Under the pieces are notes generated by a model, which had not been told where the DNA came from, did no database searches, and worked only from the letters and a program-made list of their open reading frames with translations. A program made the position numbers and the translations under genes. Positions 23,531 through 37,559 of a stretch of DNA of 64,000 bases are shown piece by piece (the stretch's first letter is position 1; every line of letters starts with the position of its first letter). The DNA comes from Rhynchobatus australiae (lineage: Eukaryota): contig JAUZTB010000064.1 in the NCBI GenBank assembly GCA_034780895.1, positions 26,885,074-26,949,073 of the forward strand, read 5' to 3'.

Positions 23531-25779
23531 CTAGGATAGAGAAAAATAAAAACTAATCAAATTAGGTTGCAACCTGTAGAAAAATTCCAGCTTTACATTT
23601 CACAAGGTTGTGGAATACTGCCAGATGATGTCATGGACTTTGAACTACAACATTAGCAGGTTTATTTGATACAGATGGATGACAAGAAGGGGAGAAATGA
23701 ATTTATGATTGAGTTTCAAAGTTTTAACATTTTGCAAACATAACAGCAAATCTCACTAAGTTGCTCTTTTGAATGCCCTTTTCCTATTCCGATGGAATTT
23801 GGATTATGTCATATATGTTAGAAAATACCGGCGCTTGGAAACAGCTGTTGCCTTCTGCCTAATTTAGTGTTCAAAGTTGGACAGACAGAATGAGGATAGG
23901 TCTCAGCATGCTTAATGCAGAAAGCAAAAGTCTGAGGACAGGCAAGAAATTATGAAGGTTACACTTCAGACACAAAAGGGACAAAGTCAGAGGCAGTTCC
24001 CTGAGTGCCTATTTATGAGTGATAATCAGATGAAGCTTTGAAAACAAATTAGAGGTGAGAATAAATTTTTATACAAAGGAAAATGGAAAGATGATTGGAA
24101 AAAAATGGGCTTGTTCTGAGCAATCTAACAGAAGAGTAGGATTATAATCGATGGCTTCTATGGAGAGCAACAATGGTATAGCTGCCAAATCAATGGCCCG
24201 CTTTGGGGTTCGTATTTCTGGAAATCTGGATCAGAATTACAAAGTGACCGAGCCACTAATTCATGAAAACAGAGAAGAATTTAATGCAATCAACTGATTA
24301 TGTTATGGGGTATATGTATTTAACTTATTTGGCACTTGCAGGTTATTTATAGTGCACAGGTTTTGTCCATGCGACGTGGCTTCATATGCACATTGGTTTG
24401 AATAAATCATTAGGAATGTCACCAGAACTGTATTTGTTATTAGATGTGGGATTACTTAGCTGAGATGATTTTTATGCTCAATATGGTACAATAGCATCTG
24501 ATATAAAGCAATGTTGATAAATTTGCTAGCATGCTGATCGTTATGTGTACACACCCCAGTAAGGATCATTGGATGCTGATCTGGGTTTTTAGCTGATTTC
24601 TATCCACTCTCACTCATGGAAGCCATCTCTTGCTTTCCAGCAGAGCTCCAGGAGTGATCTGCTAACTTGATGCAATTCAGGCATCATACTTGGGTTACCT
24701 TCAGTCAGTATGGATGAACACCATAGCAAGTAGCATTTGCTGAGTAAACTGCTGATGGAGCTCTCAGCAAACGTCTTGTAATCTTTTGAAGAAATGAGAT
24801 ACAAAAATAAAGATATGGAATGCATTGAATTACAGTAAGTGTGATTTCATCAAGGTACTGTCACCAAAACAACAATTGGATATAAGCTATTCTGGGACAA
24901 CTCCAGCTGAAGAATAGCAGGCTAACAGAAGATGTAAAGAAATTAAAATAATTATAAGTGTGGATATGTAAAGACCATTTCTTCTGTGTAAGGAATCAAA
25001 GATTGGATGCACAAAAAAAGAAAATGTTAGGGAAAATTACTTTGTGTATGGATTTCACGACAAGAATAGGTTGAAGTAAACAGGATTACAGATAATAACA
25101 GTAAAAATTTCAAGTGGGAGGAAGTTTCATGGACAACACAGAGCTGAAGAATTCTTTTTGGATTTCCCCAGCGTAAATACAAATGCATGGATAAGCAAAC
25201 TATAATGTAAATTTCTAAGTCTCTTTAATTAAACAGGTTTGAAATATATGGGGACTTGTCTGAGTGAAAAAATGTGTTTGGACAAACTATTTCTCTGAAG
25301 GGAGGGCAGCCTGTGTCTCTCCTGTNNNNNNNNNNNNNNNNNNNNNNNNNNNNNNNNNNNNNNNNNNNNNNNNNNNNNNNNNNNNNNCAGCTTTCTAAAG
25401 CAAAAAAATATTTCCCAAACCCTTCTCAAGAAGACAGTGCTCTTTTATTAATAACAAGGCTGACTCAGTTTCACATGATCCAAACTTTACCTTCAGATAA
25501 TACCCAAGAGTTTAAAATCTCTTAAATGTGGTCACTGCTAATGGCTTGAACATTACAATATTAAAATCCACTGGGATATTTTTGGTCTTCATGACTGATA
25601 GACCACATGTAACTACTAAAGCAGCAGTTTCCTTCACACAAGATTACATGCATTAAAACACTTTGTAATCCCATTCTGGATTTAATGCCCATTAGAACAA
25701 TTAATGATAGTATATTTTAATCAGTGGTACTATTATTCTAATTGAAATCATTGGATGGTACAATATAAAAGAAGGCTAG

Positions 25780-26145
25780 AGAAACAAAGGACTGCAGATG
25801 CCGGAATCTAGATGAAAAAACAACAAGGCAGCATCCGTGGAGAAAAGCAGCAGTCAATGTTTCGGGTCAGGACCCTTCTTCAAGACTGAAGATACGAAAG
25901 GGGAAGCCCAATATACTGGAGGGAAAAGCACAGCAGTGATAGGTGGACAAAAAAAGGGTGCTCACCCCGCCTCCCCTCTTTTGTCCACCTATCACTGCCC
26001 TGTTCTTCCCCCCCTAAATATTGAGATTCCCCTTTTCCTAACTTCAGTCCTGAAGAAGGGTCTTGACCTGAAACATTGACCATCTGTTTTTCACCACGGA
26101 TGCTGTCTGACCTGTTGAGTTTCTCCAGCATCTTGTTGCTTTTTC
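25780..26145. mobile_element. Penelope-derived foldback element with perfect 15-bp TSD and two opposed hammerhead-like motifs
   Basis: Long inverted arms around about 25950-25980. TSD ataaaagaaggctag at 25765-25779 and 26146-26160. Confidence 0.85.
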
Positions 26146-26915
26146 ATAAAAGAAGGCTAGTTATCTGATCAAATGTGTATTTTTATATCATTTGAGTCAC
26201 CTTGCTGCTCGAATCTTCAACATTCATTTTTATTTCAAGCTACTAAGAAATTCCTTTTCACAATGATTTATGAAATTTACATGTCTTCCATTCAGCCATA
26301 AGTACATCATAAATGTGGAAGGTAGGCTGGAAATCTGGTTGAAGTGGGCCATAAGGTCCCATTGATTTAACCATAGAAGCAAAACAGCTGTTTCAATAAA
26401 AGACCGNNNNNNNNNNNNNNNNNNNNNNNNNNNNNNNNNNNNNNNNNNNNNNNNNNNNNNNNNNNNNNNNNNNNNNNNNNNNNNNNNNNNNNNNNNNNNN
26501 NNNNNNCAATAAAAGACCGCACTTTAAGTCTTAGAATTATCATTTATTGTCTAACATGTATTGTCTAACCCTCTTTTCCTCCAAGAATGTTACACTTGCA
26601 GGATCTTGGAACAAGATATATGGAATGGTGTGTACATGGGTATTATAGTTTTGTTTAATAATGCTTTCATGGTTCATGTATTGCTTTGTCCCAGTGAAAT
26701 AAATTGGTTAGCTTGAGTCAACTGATGCAATAACCACTCAGTATTCAACAAACTGCAAAAGAGTAACAATGAAGAATTATGTATTGCAATTAGCAAAGTT
26801 GACCATCCATTTCAACAATAAGAACAGTCAATGTCTTTCTTCCAAATTACTGTGGGACATCCCACAGTACTGAAAGTTCTGAAAGGCACGATATACTCCT
26901 CCCCTCTGTACTTAC

Positions 26916-27048
26916 CCATAATATTGTCTGTTCCATTGGCTGGCGGTGTGCAGGACGAGGCGCCATAGTGATTTGTGCCACTGCGGTGGAAACTGGACAT
27001 CGGTGGGAGACTGGCATTGATGTCTGTTGAGGAGTGTGATGGGTAGTT
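26916..27048 (-). CDS. TCF4: TCF4 internal coding exon (133 nt): [44 protein letters not shown]
   Basis: ccacag|AACTACCCA...ATTATGG|gtaagt. Overlaps ORF 26812..27000. Matches TCF4 [44 protein letters not shown]. Confidence 0.97.
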
Positions 27049-30000
27049 CTGTGGTTTGCATGTTTATACATTATATGGAAATAAATGAAGAAAAAATAAT
27101 AATTAAATATTAATGTTCTGTTCTACATTCAGTAATATCTTGTTCTCAAGCATCACTTTATATTTGTATGCATTTTATAGCTATATTGCACCATTCAGCC
27201 CATTGTACTTTAGAAAAAAACTAGTCAATCCGGTCCAAGCCTATGCTCTCTTCCTGCAATGCCCATCCTCTTTAAAGTAGATATTTAATGTCCTTTCAGA
27301 AAGTTATTACTGAATCTGCCACCACTTTATTGCTGATCTTAACAACTTGCCGAGTAAAAAAAAATCACATCTTCCCCTTAGCTTTCATGGCAATTTTCTC
27401 TAGTTATCTACCTTCCTGCCAATGATTTCTTAACAACGTGAACAAACTTCTTTGTTATTTAAATACCTGTGCTAAATCTTCCCATAAACTATGTGCTTTT
27501 TTTTGGCCATTACTAATGTTGCTTTCAAACCAGATGAATTTCAAACCTGTACTGCAACCATGCCTGATCCTGTTCTTCACCTGACACCCACATCTGGGCA
27601 TTTTCCTGCAGAAATTTTGCATCTATTCACCTGGCTCAAAACATTTACTCTTTGTCTTACTCTTGTTAACATAGGGCAGTGAAACTAATCATGATATTCC
27701 AATCCCATACCATTGTATTAGTGTTGGTGGTATTTCTTTTAGACGATAATGCAGCGTCCTTTTAAGAACTGCGATTATCCTTTCACACATTAATATTAAG
27801 GTCGACATTGAATTGGAAACTGATCCCCAATTCATCAAATCTTTTAAAAAATCAACTTGCTGAACAGGAGACCCTGAGGATGTATTAAAAAAAAATCATG
27901 GTGCCCTATCAACTGTTAATGCAAAATTCTACCTTAAATGAGGCAAGGCATAGCGGGGGAGAGTGGAGTAGGAGTGATTGTCAGGTCAAATGCTCGCCCA
28001 CATTGGAGTTTAAAAGGATGCAGTGAAATCAACAAAGGAATGTGGGATTTCAGAGAATTTTGCTATGAATATTTATCACTGATGTTCTGATGACAGAGTG
28101 ATTCTCATGAATTTGAAGCCATCCTCCCACTGGCACATTACTGTCCTACAGTAAGTTGGAATGGTATATATTTTTTTCTTTGTGGTGTGTTACTTTGTTT
28201 GCAGTTATGCCAGACTGCAACTGGGGCTGGAAACATGTGTTGCAGAAGGAACATTACAGATATTAATGCAGTGATAGACTGTTTTTTTAATATATCCTAG
28301 AGCAAAAAAAACGTGTGAACTCCCATTAGGGCCACTTTATTTTCCAGTGCAAAAGATAGCAGTCATAAACAACAAAGAAGGTAAAAAAAAAGAGTAGAGA
28401 AAATGAAAATGGACAAGTGTTGATGCCAGTTGGATTAATCGAACATCTGTTTATAGAATGGAAAACCAGCAATGGTAATGGAGCTCTGAAAGGAGTGACT
28501 CAACTTTGTATTCAAACCGAATGCAAAAATACTATTTGAAGTTCCACAGACAAATTCTGTATGACTTGACAAACCCTTGAAAAGTGGCACCTCCACCAGA
28601 CTACATTTGTGTATAATTTCAACTGCACATGTAAAAAAAAGTAAAATAAATTTACAGGTTTTGATAATAACAATGGAGAAACATTTTATTTTTCATTTTA
28701 TTTTAGGAACCCTTAAAATCAATGTTCCTCAGCCAAATGGCCTCTTGTTTGCACTCTTCCATTTGTGTGTTTTTTTAAAATTGTGTGCTCACTAGGCACA
28801 AAGCCGAGATTAAAAACACTTCTTTCCACGATAAGCAGCCCACCCAGATAGAAGCCTGTGGGCTTACAATGAAGAGCTGCATTTGATTTACAAAAAATAA
28901 ATTAAGCTATTATTTATAAAAATGCATGGAGGAAATAAAAATAACAATTTACAGAACTTTTGGATCAATTTTTAATTGAATGCACATTGTTGTAAGTGGC
29001 TGTGAGTAGACGTTCCCTAGGATCTGTACAGAAATATTTATCTTCAATATTTAATCATATAAATGTANNNNNNNNNNNNNNNNNNNNNNNNNNNNNNNNN
29101 NNNNNNNNNNNNNNNNNNNNNNNNNNNNNNNNNNNNNNNNNNNNNNNNNNNNNNNNNNNNNNNNNNNATGTAAGAAAAGCATTGAAGTTTTCTTGTACAT
29201 TCTTCTGCACTTTTTTCAATTGAGTGACTTTTGTGAAGGGTGACGATCTATACTATGAAATTACGTTAAGGTGGAGAACAGTAGGAGGATAGAGGGGTCA
29301 AATCATAAGTTGGTTAGTAATAGCAGGTGTAGATTTTAAATGTGTTTTGAATGTATGAAGAAGGAGGCGCCAGGAAATAGATGACTTAACTGCAAGATGT
29401 GCGTGCATTCATACACAAACTTCTGTAAGCCAGGGAACCATTAAAAATAAGGGTCACACCCACTTTGTGGTGTGATTGTGGTGAAAGAATCCCAATGGAT
29501 TCAAGCATATAGATTTAATTTAATCTTTTTAGTGGGAGACACTAAGTCATGTAACGATCTCTTAATTTCAACGGGAAATTTTTGTATTGGGAATGAAGGT
29601 ACTTCCATTCCATTTGAGAACACACTAATGATTTTGGTCACAGTTAAGATGTGAAAGTTGAGAGTACTTTAAATGTAAAGCCTTATTTAAGCTATTAATG
29701 TTTGCAGAAAAGTTGCTTTATTAATGCAGCATACAGAGCAGGGAGTTTGCAAGTTGGATTTGTGGCTGATGTCAAATTGTATAGCTTTAACTGGACGATA
29801 GGATACACACAGCAATTTTTCGGGTCCTTTTACTCTGGAGAAAACAAAATCAGTTGGAGCAACTTTCTATGAATATGGGAAGAGGACGGGGTCTGACTGG
29901 ATTTGCCACCTCTACTGATTCAACAGTATTACTAAAGGATTGGGTCCTCAGGAAAAGCATCTCCAACTAAGGAATAATTCAGTTTCTTTAGAACGTTATG

Positions 30001-30146
30001 GGAAAATAAACACAGTAATTCTCCAATTTATTGGAATTCTAATTAAAATTGCTTTTAAGTGCTGATGCACTCATATGCAGTACAAAGTTAAGAAATTATG
30101 CAACAGGAATGTTTATTTTCAGCAAAAGTAGTATTTATATAAGCAC

Positions 30147-30652
30147 TTGAATTGCCAACACATAGAAGGCTACAGATCAAGTGCTGGTAATGGGAATAGT
30201 ATAGATGGGTACCATAGAACCATAGAACAATACAGCACAATACAGGCCTTTCGGCCCACCGTGTTGTGCCGCCCATCAAACCACACCNNNNNNNNNNNNN
30301 NNNNNNNNNNNNNNNNNNNNNNNNNNNNNNNNNNNNNNNNNNNNNNNNNNNNNNNNNNNNNNNNNNNNNNNNNNNNNNNNNNNNNNNCCTCATCACCTCC
30401 TCAAAGAACTCTATCAGGCTTGTGAGGCATGATCTTCCCTTCACAAAGCCATGCTGGCTGCCCCAAATCAGTCCATGATTCTCTAGGTGTTCATATATCT
30501 TATCCCTTAGAATCCTCTCTAACAGCTTACCCAACACAGATGTGAGACTCACCTGTCTGTAATTCCCCGGGCTATCCCTACTGACGGTACTTGACAGTTG
30601 GCATGGACAAGGTGGGCCAAAGGGTCTGTTTCTGTGCTGTTTGCCTCTATAA
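30147..30652. mobile_element. Nested CR1: minus-strand CR1 (about 30213-30585, RT fragment) inserted into a plus-strand CR1 3' tail
   Basis: ORF 30088..30672 contains PGNYRQVSLTSVLGKLLERILRDKIYEHLENHGLIWGSQHGFVKGRSCLTSLIEFFEEV. ggtac is repeated at both junctions and the host tail resumes at about 30590. Confidence 0.85.
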
Positions 30653-30766
30653 CATTGCAGTTTGTATATCAAAAAACTAAGGCTGACAGACTAAAATATG
30701 AGTAGACGCAGACAACATTTAGGAATATTACTGGCAGCTTGCCAGTAGATAAATGGCCACTATTAC

Positions 30767-30900
30767 CAGGCGATCTTGTGGATGCAGGCTGCAGTAACTG
30801 CTGGACTGCGGAACGTGGGAGGAGTTTACCAGCATGCCTCCATAACTGGGCTGATTCATACCACCAGAGGAACTCCACGGATCAGAGTTGTGATGCCCAT
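30767..30900 (-). CDS. TCF4: TCF4 internal coding exon (134 nt): (D)[44 protein letters not shown]
   Basis: ctctttccag|ATGGGCAT...CGCCTG|gtaata. Phase joins the previous exon. Matches TCF4 [45 protein letters not shown]. Confidence 0.97.
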
Positions 30901-31702
30901 CTGGAAAGAGAGGTTGTTACAGTGACTCCTTCAGGAAAAAAAAAGCCCACTAAAACATTCTTAATTGAGCATTCCCACTGATTATTTGATTACAACTATT
31001 TGGCTAGTATTGAACTCTTAATTAAGATGTGCCATTATTTTAGAACTGTGAGAAGACCTCTCAACAATATTCATCTGTGGAATTCTTTTTGATTTAAAAC
31101 AAACAGGAAAAAAAAAGCACAATTTTGGCCAAATTATAATAGAAGTAATAAGTTGGCCCTGCAGGCACAATCATGCAATGAAAGGTTAAAGCTGATTCTT
31201 TTTATTAATGCTACCTGCCCAATACTGCAAGTGCTGCAGATGGAAATGGCAGCATTGGGCAAAACAAATAATACATACATAATTACAATAGGGTGCCAAA
31301 TCCTGTGCAAATATCTCTGATTTCATTCTTTTGCTGGCAAATCAAAAAATGTGCTTAAATTTACACATCCCTGACCTTTACACTTCAACATCAGCTGCTT
31401 CAGCCCTCAGCTCTAGAATCCCCTCCCTTAAGCTTAATGTCACACGACCCCCTCTCTGCTTGTTGATACCTAAAGCCTATTTCTTCTACTGAACTTTTGG
31501 TACCCAGCCACAATACCTCTTCGTGCCTTAGCATCATTCTCTGTTATCCCTCTGTGGAGCACACTGGGATTTTTCTTTTGTTGCTCTAAAAGAGCTACAT
31601 ATATACAAGATTTTGTCAACTGCTTTTTTTTTCAATTTTAACACTGCTGAGTGAGCAAGTAACAGCTAGAAATTACAGACTGCAATACTGTACATGTGGC
31701 TA

Positions 31703-31838
31703 ACATGAGGGGACATAATTTTAAGGTGATTGGAGGGAGGTATAAGGGGGATGTCAGGGGTAAGTTTTTTTTACACAGAGTGGTGGGTATGTGGAACACA
31801 CTGCCGGCAGATGTGTGGGAGCAGATCCATTAGGGACA
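31703..31838 (+). mobile_element. CR1 3' fragment running into an N gap
   Basis: gaggggacataattttaaggtgattggaggg...ttttttacacagagtggtgggtatgtggaacacactgccgg. Confidence 0.8.
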
Positions 31839-32573
31839 NNNNNNNNNNNNNNNNNNNNNNNNNNNNNNNNNNNNNNNNNNNNNNNNNNNNNNNNNNNNNN
31901 NNNNNNNNNNNNNNNNNNNNNNNNNNNNNNNNNNNNNNNNNNNNNNNNNNNNNNNNNNNNNNNNNNNNNNNNNNNNNNNNNNNNNNNNNNNNNNNNNNNN
32001 NNNNNNNNNNNNNNNNNNNNNNNNNNNNNNNNNNNNNNNNNNNNNNNNNNNNNNNNNNNNNNNNNNNNNNNNNNNNNNNNNNNNNNNNNNNNNNNNNNNN
32101 NNNNNNNNNNNNNNNNNNNNNNNNNNNNNNNNNNNNNNNNNNNNNNNNNNNNNNNNNNNNNNNNNNNNNNNNNNNNNNNNNNNNNNNNNNNNNNNNNNNN
32201 NNNNNNNNNNNNNNNNNNNNNNNNNNNNNNNNNNNNNNNNNNNNNNNNNNNNNNNNNNNNNNNNNNNNNNNNNNNNNNNNNNNNNNNNNNNNNNNNNNNN
32301 NNNNNNNNNNNNNNNNNNNNNNNNNNNNNNNNNNNNNNNNNNNNNNNNNNNNNNNNNNNNNNNNNNNNNNNNNNNNNNNNNNNNNNNNNNNNNNNNNNNN
32401 NNNNNNNNNNNNNNNNNNNNNNNNNNNNNNNNNNNNNNNNNNNNNNNNNNNNNNNNNNNNNNNNNNNNNNNNNNNNNNNNNNNNNNNNNNNNNNNNNNNN
32501 NNNNNNNNNNNNNNNNNNNNNNNNNNNNNNNNNNNNNNNNNNAATGAGTAAAACTAAAACAATTTTCTCTTTA

Positions 32574-32732
<159 letters not shown>

Positions 32733-35700
32733 TTACAGTTATAAAGGGAATAAAGAGATAAAGTGAGTTTTCACTAATTCAGTACTAGGAAGGGCACTGG
32801 ATTTCTTACAAACCAACTCTTAAGCATAACAGGCCTTTCTAGTGATTAGAAGGAATGTTGCTAAGATCCATATGGAAACATGACAGAATATATAGTACAC
32901 TACTATGCTCCCCACACTAAATGTGTGGAAGTTCTGATCATAAAACTTATCTATTTCATAGCTATAGTAGTTCATCTTGGTTCAACTCTTCAATCACATT
33001 TGGGGCAAGACAGAAAATCAAATCAAATAAAAATACAAGTGCTTTCAGTGTTCTGTTGAAAGAAGGTAGATAGATAATCGTTTCAGTTTAGACACTAAAT
33101 CAGAATCTCCAAGATCAGGATTACAGACACTTTTTAAAGGATTGAAAATAATGAAATGAAAAAGAGGGAAAGAACAGAGGTAGATGTAGAGAGATGGGGG
33201 TGGTGGGGTGGGGAAAGGATACAGAATATTGAAGTGATTTTCGACAATAGAATTCGAAGTCCAGTCATAGTGTCTCATATGAAAAAAATCTCCTAGCCTA
33301 TTTTCCTGCAATGTTCATCCAGGAGTTTAGACCTTTCAAGGAACTCTTGAAATTTATTAGCAATCAATTGAACACCATTTAGATTACAGTTTCTGAATTC
33401 TCCCTAAATATATAATCTAACTTAATTAATTCATAACAGATTCTATTCACTAANNNNNNNNNNNNNNNNNNNNNNNNNNNNNNNNNNNNNNNNNNNNNNN
33501 NNNNNNNNNNNNNNNNNNNNNNNNNNNNNNNNNNNNNNNNNNNNNNNNNNNNNTAAATATATAATCTAACTTAATTAATTCATAACAGATTCTACTCACT
33601 AATCTCTTAATTATTTATGAAAACATAAATGCAGTAATAGTCATGAATATTCTAACAATTCAGTGCCAAAGATAAGTTGTATTTTTAAGAAATAAGAATG
33701 GATATTCGTTTCAAAAATATAGTCCCTCAACACTCCTCAAAAATGTGACTTAATTTTTTGAAAGTAGTGTTTACTTTAAGAACTTATGCCACTAAGCTAG
33801 CCAGACTCACCTCCCTTCATCCTTTTTTTTGGCATTCAGAGTGACAGACATTTCAATGAGTCAATAGCATCTGTCACTCTACCCCAATCTAGTGGGCAAA
33901 TTACAAACAATGTGTTGTTGTACATGTCAGAATCTGGCTGTCAAGGTTAAGCTGTCATAATGACCTGGTCACAATTCTGTGAAATTGGCAGAAATGATCC
34001 ATTGGCAGAAATTATATTTTGGAAATAGCAGTTTTAATATTGTGTGAGGGCAGAAACCTGGGAATTGGAAAATTCGACGTTTTAGCAATGGTACCCTCAA
34101 GGCCAAAGAAAGCAACCACACCTATACTATTCAGAATGTTGCCAAAACTCAAATGCCTGGGAACATTACATTCTTCTTTTTTGATCCTTGCGATATAAAG
34201 AAGATGAATTTTGAGAAACAAAACTCAGAATGGAAAAACTACAACTAATTTACTAAGCAAAACTACATTGAGTTCATGGCTTCCAAAGACCAATTGACTG
34301 TGAATGATGGCAAAAGAAACGATAATCCCCTTGATACATAGATGAGCTTAAATGAACAAGTAAGAAATGCACATTGTTATTATTCACACAGTATTGTTAA
34401 TATATAGCAAGAGGAAGCAGGTGATTGTTTTTGGTAAAACTCATTTTCCTTGGCATTTGAGAAAAACATACATTTTATTATCTCATGAGAACAAAGTACT
34501 ATTTTGACAGAAAAATTATGTTTTTAGAAAGTGCATAAGTTCATTTTTTTTAATTGCATGATGTAAAATCGCACCATAGGGATATTAAGCTACCTTAGCA
34601 AGTTATTTCAACAGTGTACTGTACAGTTTAGAACTGAGAAATGCTCTCCAGAAAATTCTCACGCTTGGTCACTGTCTTATGCAGCTTTAGAGGACCTCTG
34701 CTGGACAGTTGTAGAGACTAAAATCTGATTTCACAGCTCTTTGAGCTAATTTAAAAAATCATGATCTGGTCCTTTAGGCTGTAAAGTTCTTTTTGTGGAC
34801 AATATCTGAATACAGGTTTAAGCTGAGTTTAAGAATGCTTCCATGATTTGACTGGCCAATGTTCACTGTCTGAATTCTTCCATGTCCACTTGGATGAACA
34901 GTTAGCATCAATGAAAAGAATAAGCACCCATAGAACAACCTTCAGCATGGGTAAAAATACCTGTCAGTTTTCCCAATTAAAAGCTGTACTGGGAAATTTA
35001 CAAAATTTAAATGTTAGGTTGAATGAAATCTAAAAAACACTCAACATACATTGCGAATTACAAAAGGTGTTTGTGAAGTATGAAACATTTAAAAGGGTAA
35101 CAAACTGTGCTNNNNNNNNNNATTATAGTTTTTGATATTGTTGTTTAATGCTATCATTTAACTCACTAAACCTTATAAAGGTTCTAAACCACCTGCTGTT
35201 TTCTATGCAATGATCAATTTGTAAAAATAACTTTGAGGGCGGAGTCTATTATCCCTATGTCAGTTTTTAAGGTAAGTGGCAACAGTGAAAAGAAAACATT
35301 TTTAATTAACACTTATGGGATGCATTCTGAATAAATTGCAGAAAGTTGTTCGAGCAGAATGTATAATGCTGGCTTTAAGTCTCTATACAATCCTTCTAAT
35401 CTAAAATACAGATGACAGAATGGCTACACAAGATTATGTTACATGTTAGCTCCACATGTGCCAGAAACTGACATTAATTCCAGCTCTGTATCATAATGGC
35501 ATTCACAAGAAAAAAAATCTGGAAATATTTCCAAGATCTGACATACATTCCACATGCATCCCAACAGATGTGCTGGGGGAAGGGAAAAGATTGGCCATCG
35601 GTCTACTTAAAGGAAAATCTTTTCAAGAGTTCTCATCTCCGGCAACGGAGCTGAAAGGAACAATGTATTTTCTAAAACTACAAGTACTCTGTTTTCTCCT

Positions 35701-36109
35701 CCTTCTTCCTGAAAAATCATCATCAACAGTGGCAGATTTTCAAATTACCATTCACACACAGCAAAGTAACTAATAAATGAGAATATTTCAACACCCCCAA
35801 AAAAATCAGGGAAAGTGAAAAGCAATTAGAACTAACACGCACTGCCTGACCTTCGCAATTTCTCACTTTATTCCTCCTTTGTTCAAGAACACATCTGTCT
35901 CCGTCCCTGCCACAGTTGAAACTCTGAAAATGCCTTTACTATGTCCAGATTTCACTATTCCAATGGTTCCCTGGCCTGCCTTCTATCTTCCACCCACCCA
36001 CAAGCACTTGAGTTTGTCAGAACTCTGCCAATGTTCTTAACCTGCTCAAACATCATTCCTGTCGAATCCAAAGCCAGTCTCAGCTTCAAAAGGCTTTCCT
36101 GATAAAATT

Positions 36110-37025
36110 CCATGAATAATATTAGCATGGATAGATGATTGGTTAACTAATTAAAGAAGAATAGTGGACATAAACAGAACATTTTCAGGCTGACAAGCTG
36201 TCATAGTGTGGTGTCACTTTGTGAGGTTATTCACTTGGGTTGGTAGAAAAGCAGAAGATTATTTATGAAGTAACAGATGACTAAATACTTGCTTTCAGAG
36301 AGATCTGGCAATGCAGATACAATAAACACAAAATTATTTTTGCAGCTTTGCACATTATTGGCAAGACTAGTTTTTATTGCTCAACCCTAATTGCCTTTGG
36401 GAAAGTGGTGGCTTCTTGAATCACCGAAGACACTCCCATGGTGTTGTTAAGTGTGGAATTACAGGATTTAAGACCAAGCAACAGTGATGTTATTTGCTTT
36501 AACTACAAAAGGCTTTGGTGAGACCACAGATGGTCTATTCCATTTAATTTTAGCCTCTTTTTATGCAGGATGTGCTTTCCAGTTTGTGTGTGTGTGGGGG
36601 GGTGGGGAGGGCGGGTTGGGGGGCAGCAGAGCTAAGTTTCATTATATTGTTTCCCATGATTTGGGGCAGGTGGGAAGGGCGTGAAGTTGCCCTATGAAGA
36701 ATCATAGGTCTTTTATGAGAGATGATTTCATTGAAACAGAGGGGCGTGACAGGAGAGATGATGCAAGGACAATTAATCTGATGAGGGAGTCTAGAACTAA
36801 GGGGGAATGTCTCAATATAGGAGATTGGTCAATTGAGATAAAGAGAAGTGCTTCCCTCAGGGCTGTGAATTATTGGAATTCCCTTCTCAGAAAGTAATGA
36901 ATTAATAAGTTGAAGGCTGAGATGAAATCTTGGACCATGGTGGAATAGAGGGTCATAGCGATTACATCAGCCATAATCTTAAAATGGTGGAGAAGGATCA
37001 AGGGCCCACATTAGCTACTCCTACT
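36110..37025 (+). mobile_element. Old CR1 LINE with internal insertions
   Basis: RT remnants, and ORF 36694..36897 (DDFIET...RESRTKG...RAVNYWNSL) resembles the CR1 C-terminus. Confidence 0.6.
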
Positions 37026-37559
37026 GCTGTTCTTAGGTTCCTATCCTGAAATGTGAAAATGGGCATTTCCCTTCCTGCACTGTTTCTAAAGAGCAGATCA
37101 CAGTATTTGACATGCTCCTTCAAAAGTAAGCCAATATTCATGGAGAAAACAATGTATTTAATTATGAGTGACTAATATTAAACCTACCCATAAATCACTA
37201 AAATAGACAAGATTAAAATATCACGGAAGGTCTCTATTATGAAATCAGGACCTCATCTTTAAAAGTTCAATTCAGAGTATTTGATATTTTAATGAATTTG
37301 TGCCAGCTGAAGGAACTTCAGATGGAGAAGCTGAAGGTACATTACATTTTTAAATTTATTTCAGATCCTTATGCAATATAAAATAATTAAAGGGATTGAG
37401 ATTACATGGAATCAATTACATTAAAAAAACAACTCCAGTTTCAAACAAACATGAAATAATAGGAAATGGACCAAAACTTTCCATTTAAATAGTATTTTTA
37501 AATAGTTTCCTGGAATTTAGCTCCTGTCAAGTACTTTAGCATGTTTCAAAATATTAAAG

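Noticed and set aside
33406-33602. Apparent direct repeats flanking 100-N gaps (also near 15358/15489, 26394/26507, 53745/53892 and 58608/58740)
   Set aside because: The same sequence on both sides of a fixed-size gap, often with one mismatch, is typical of overlapping contig ends or heterozygous scaffolding artefacts.
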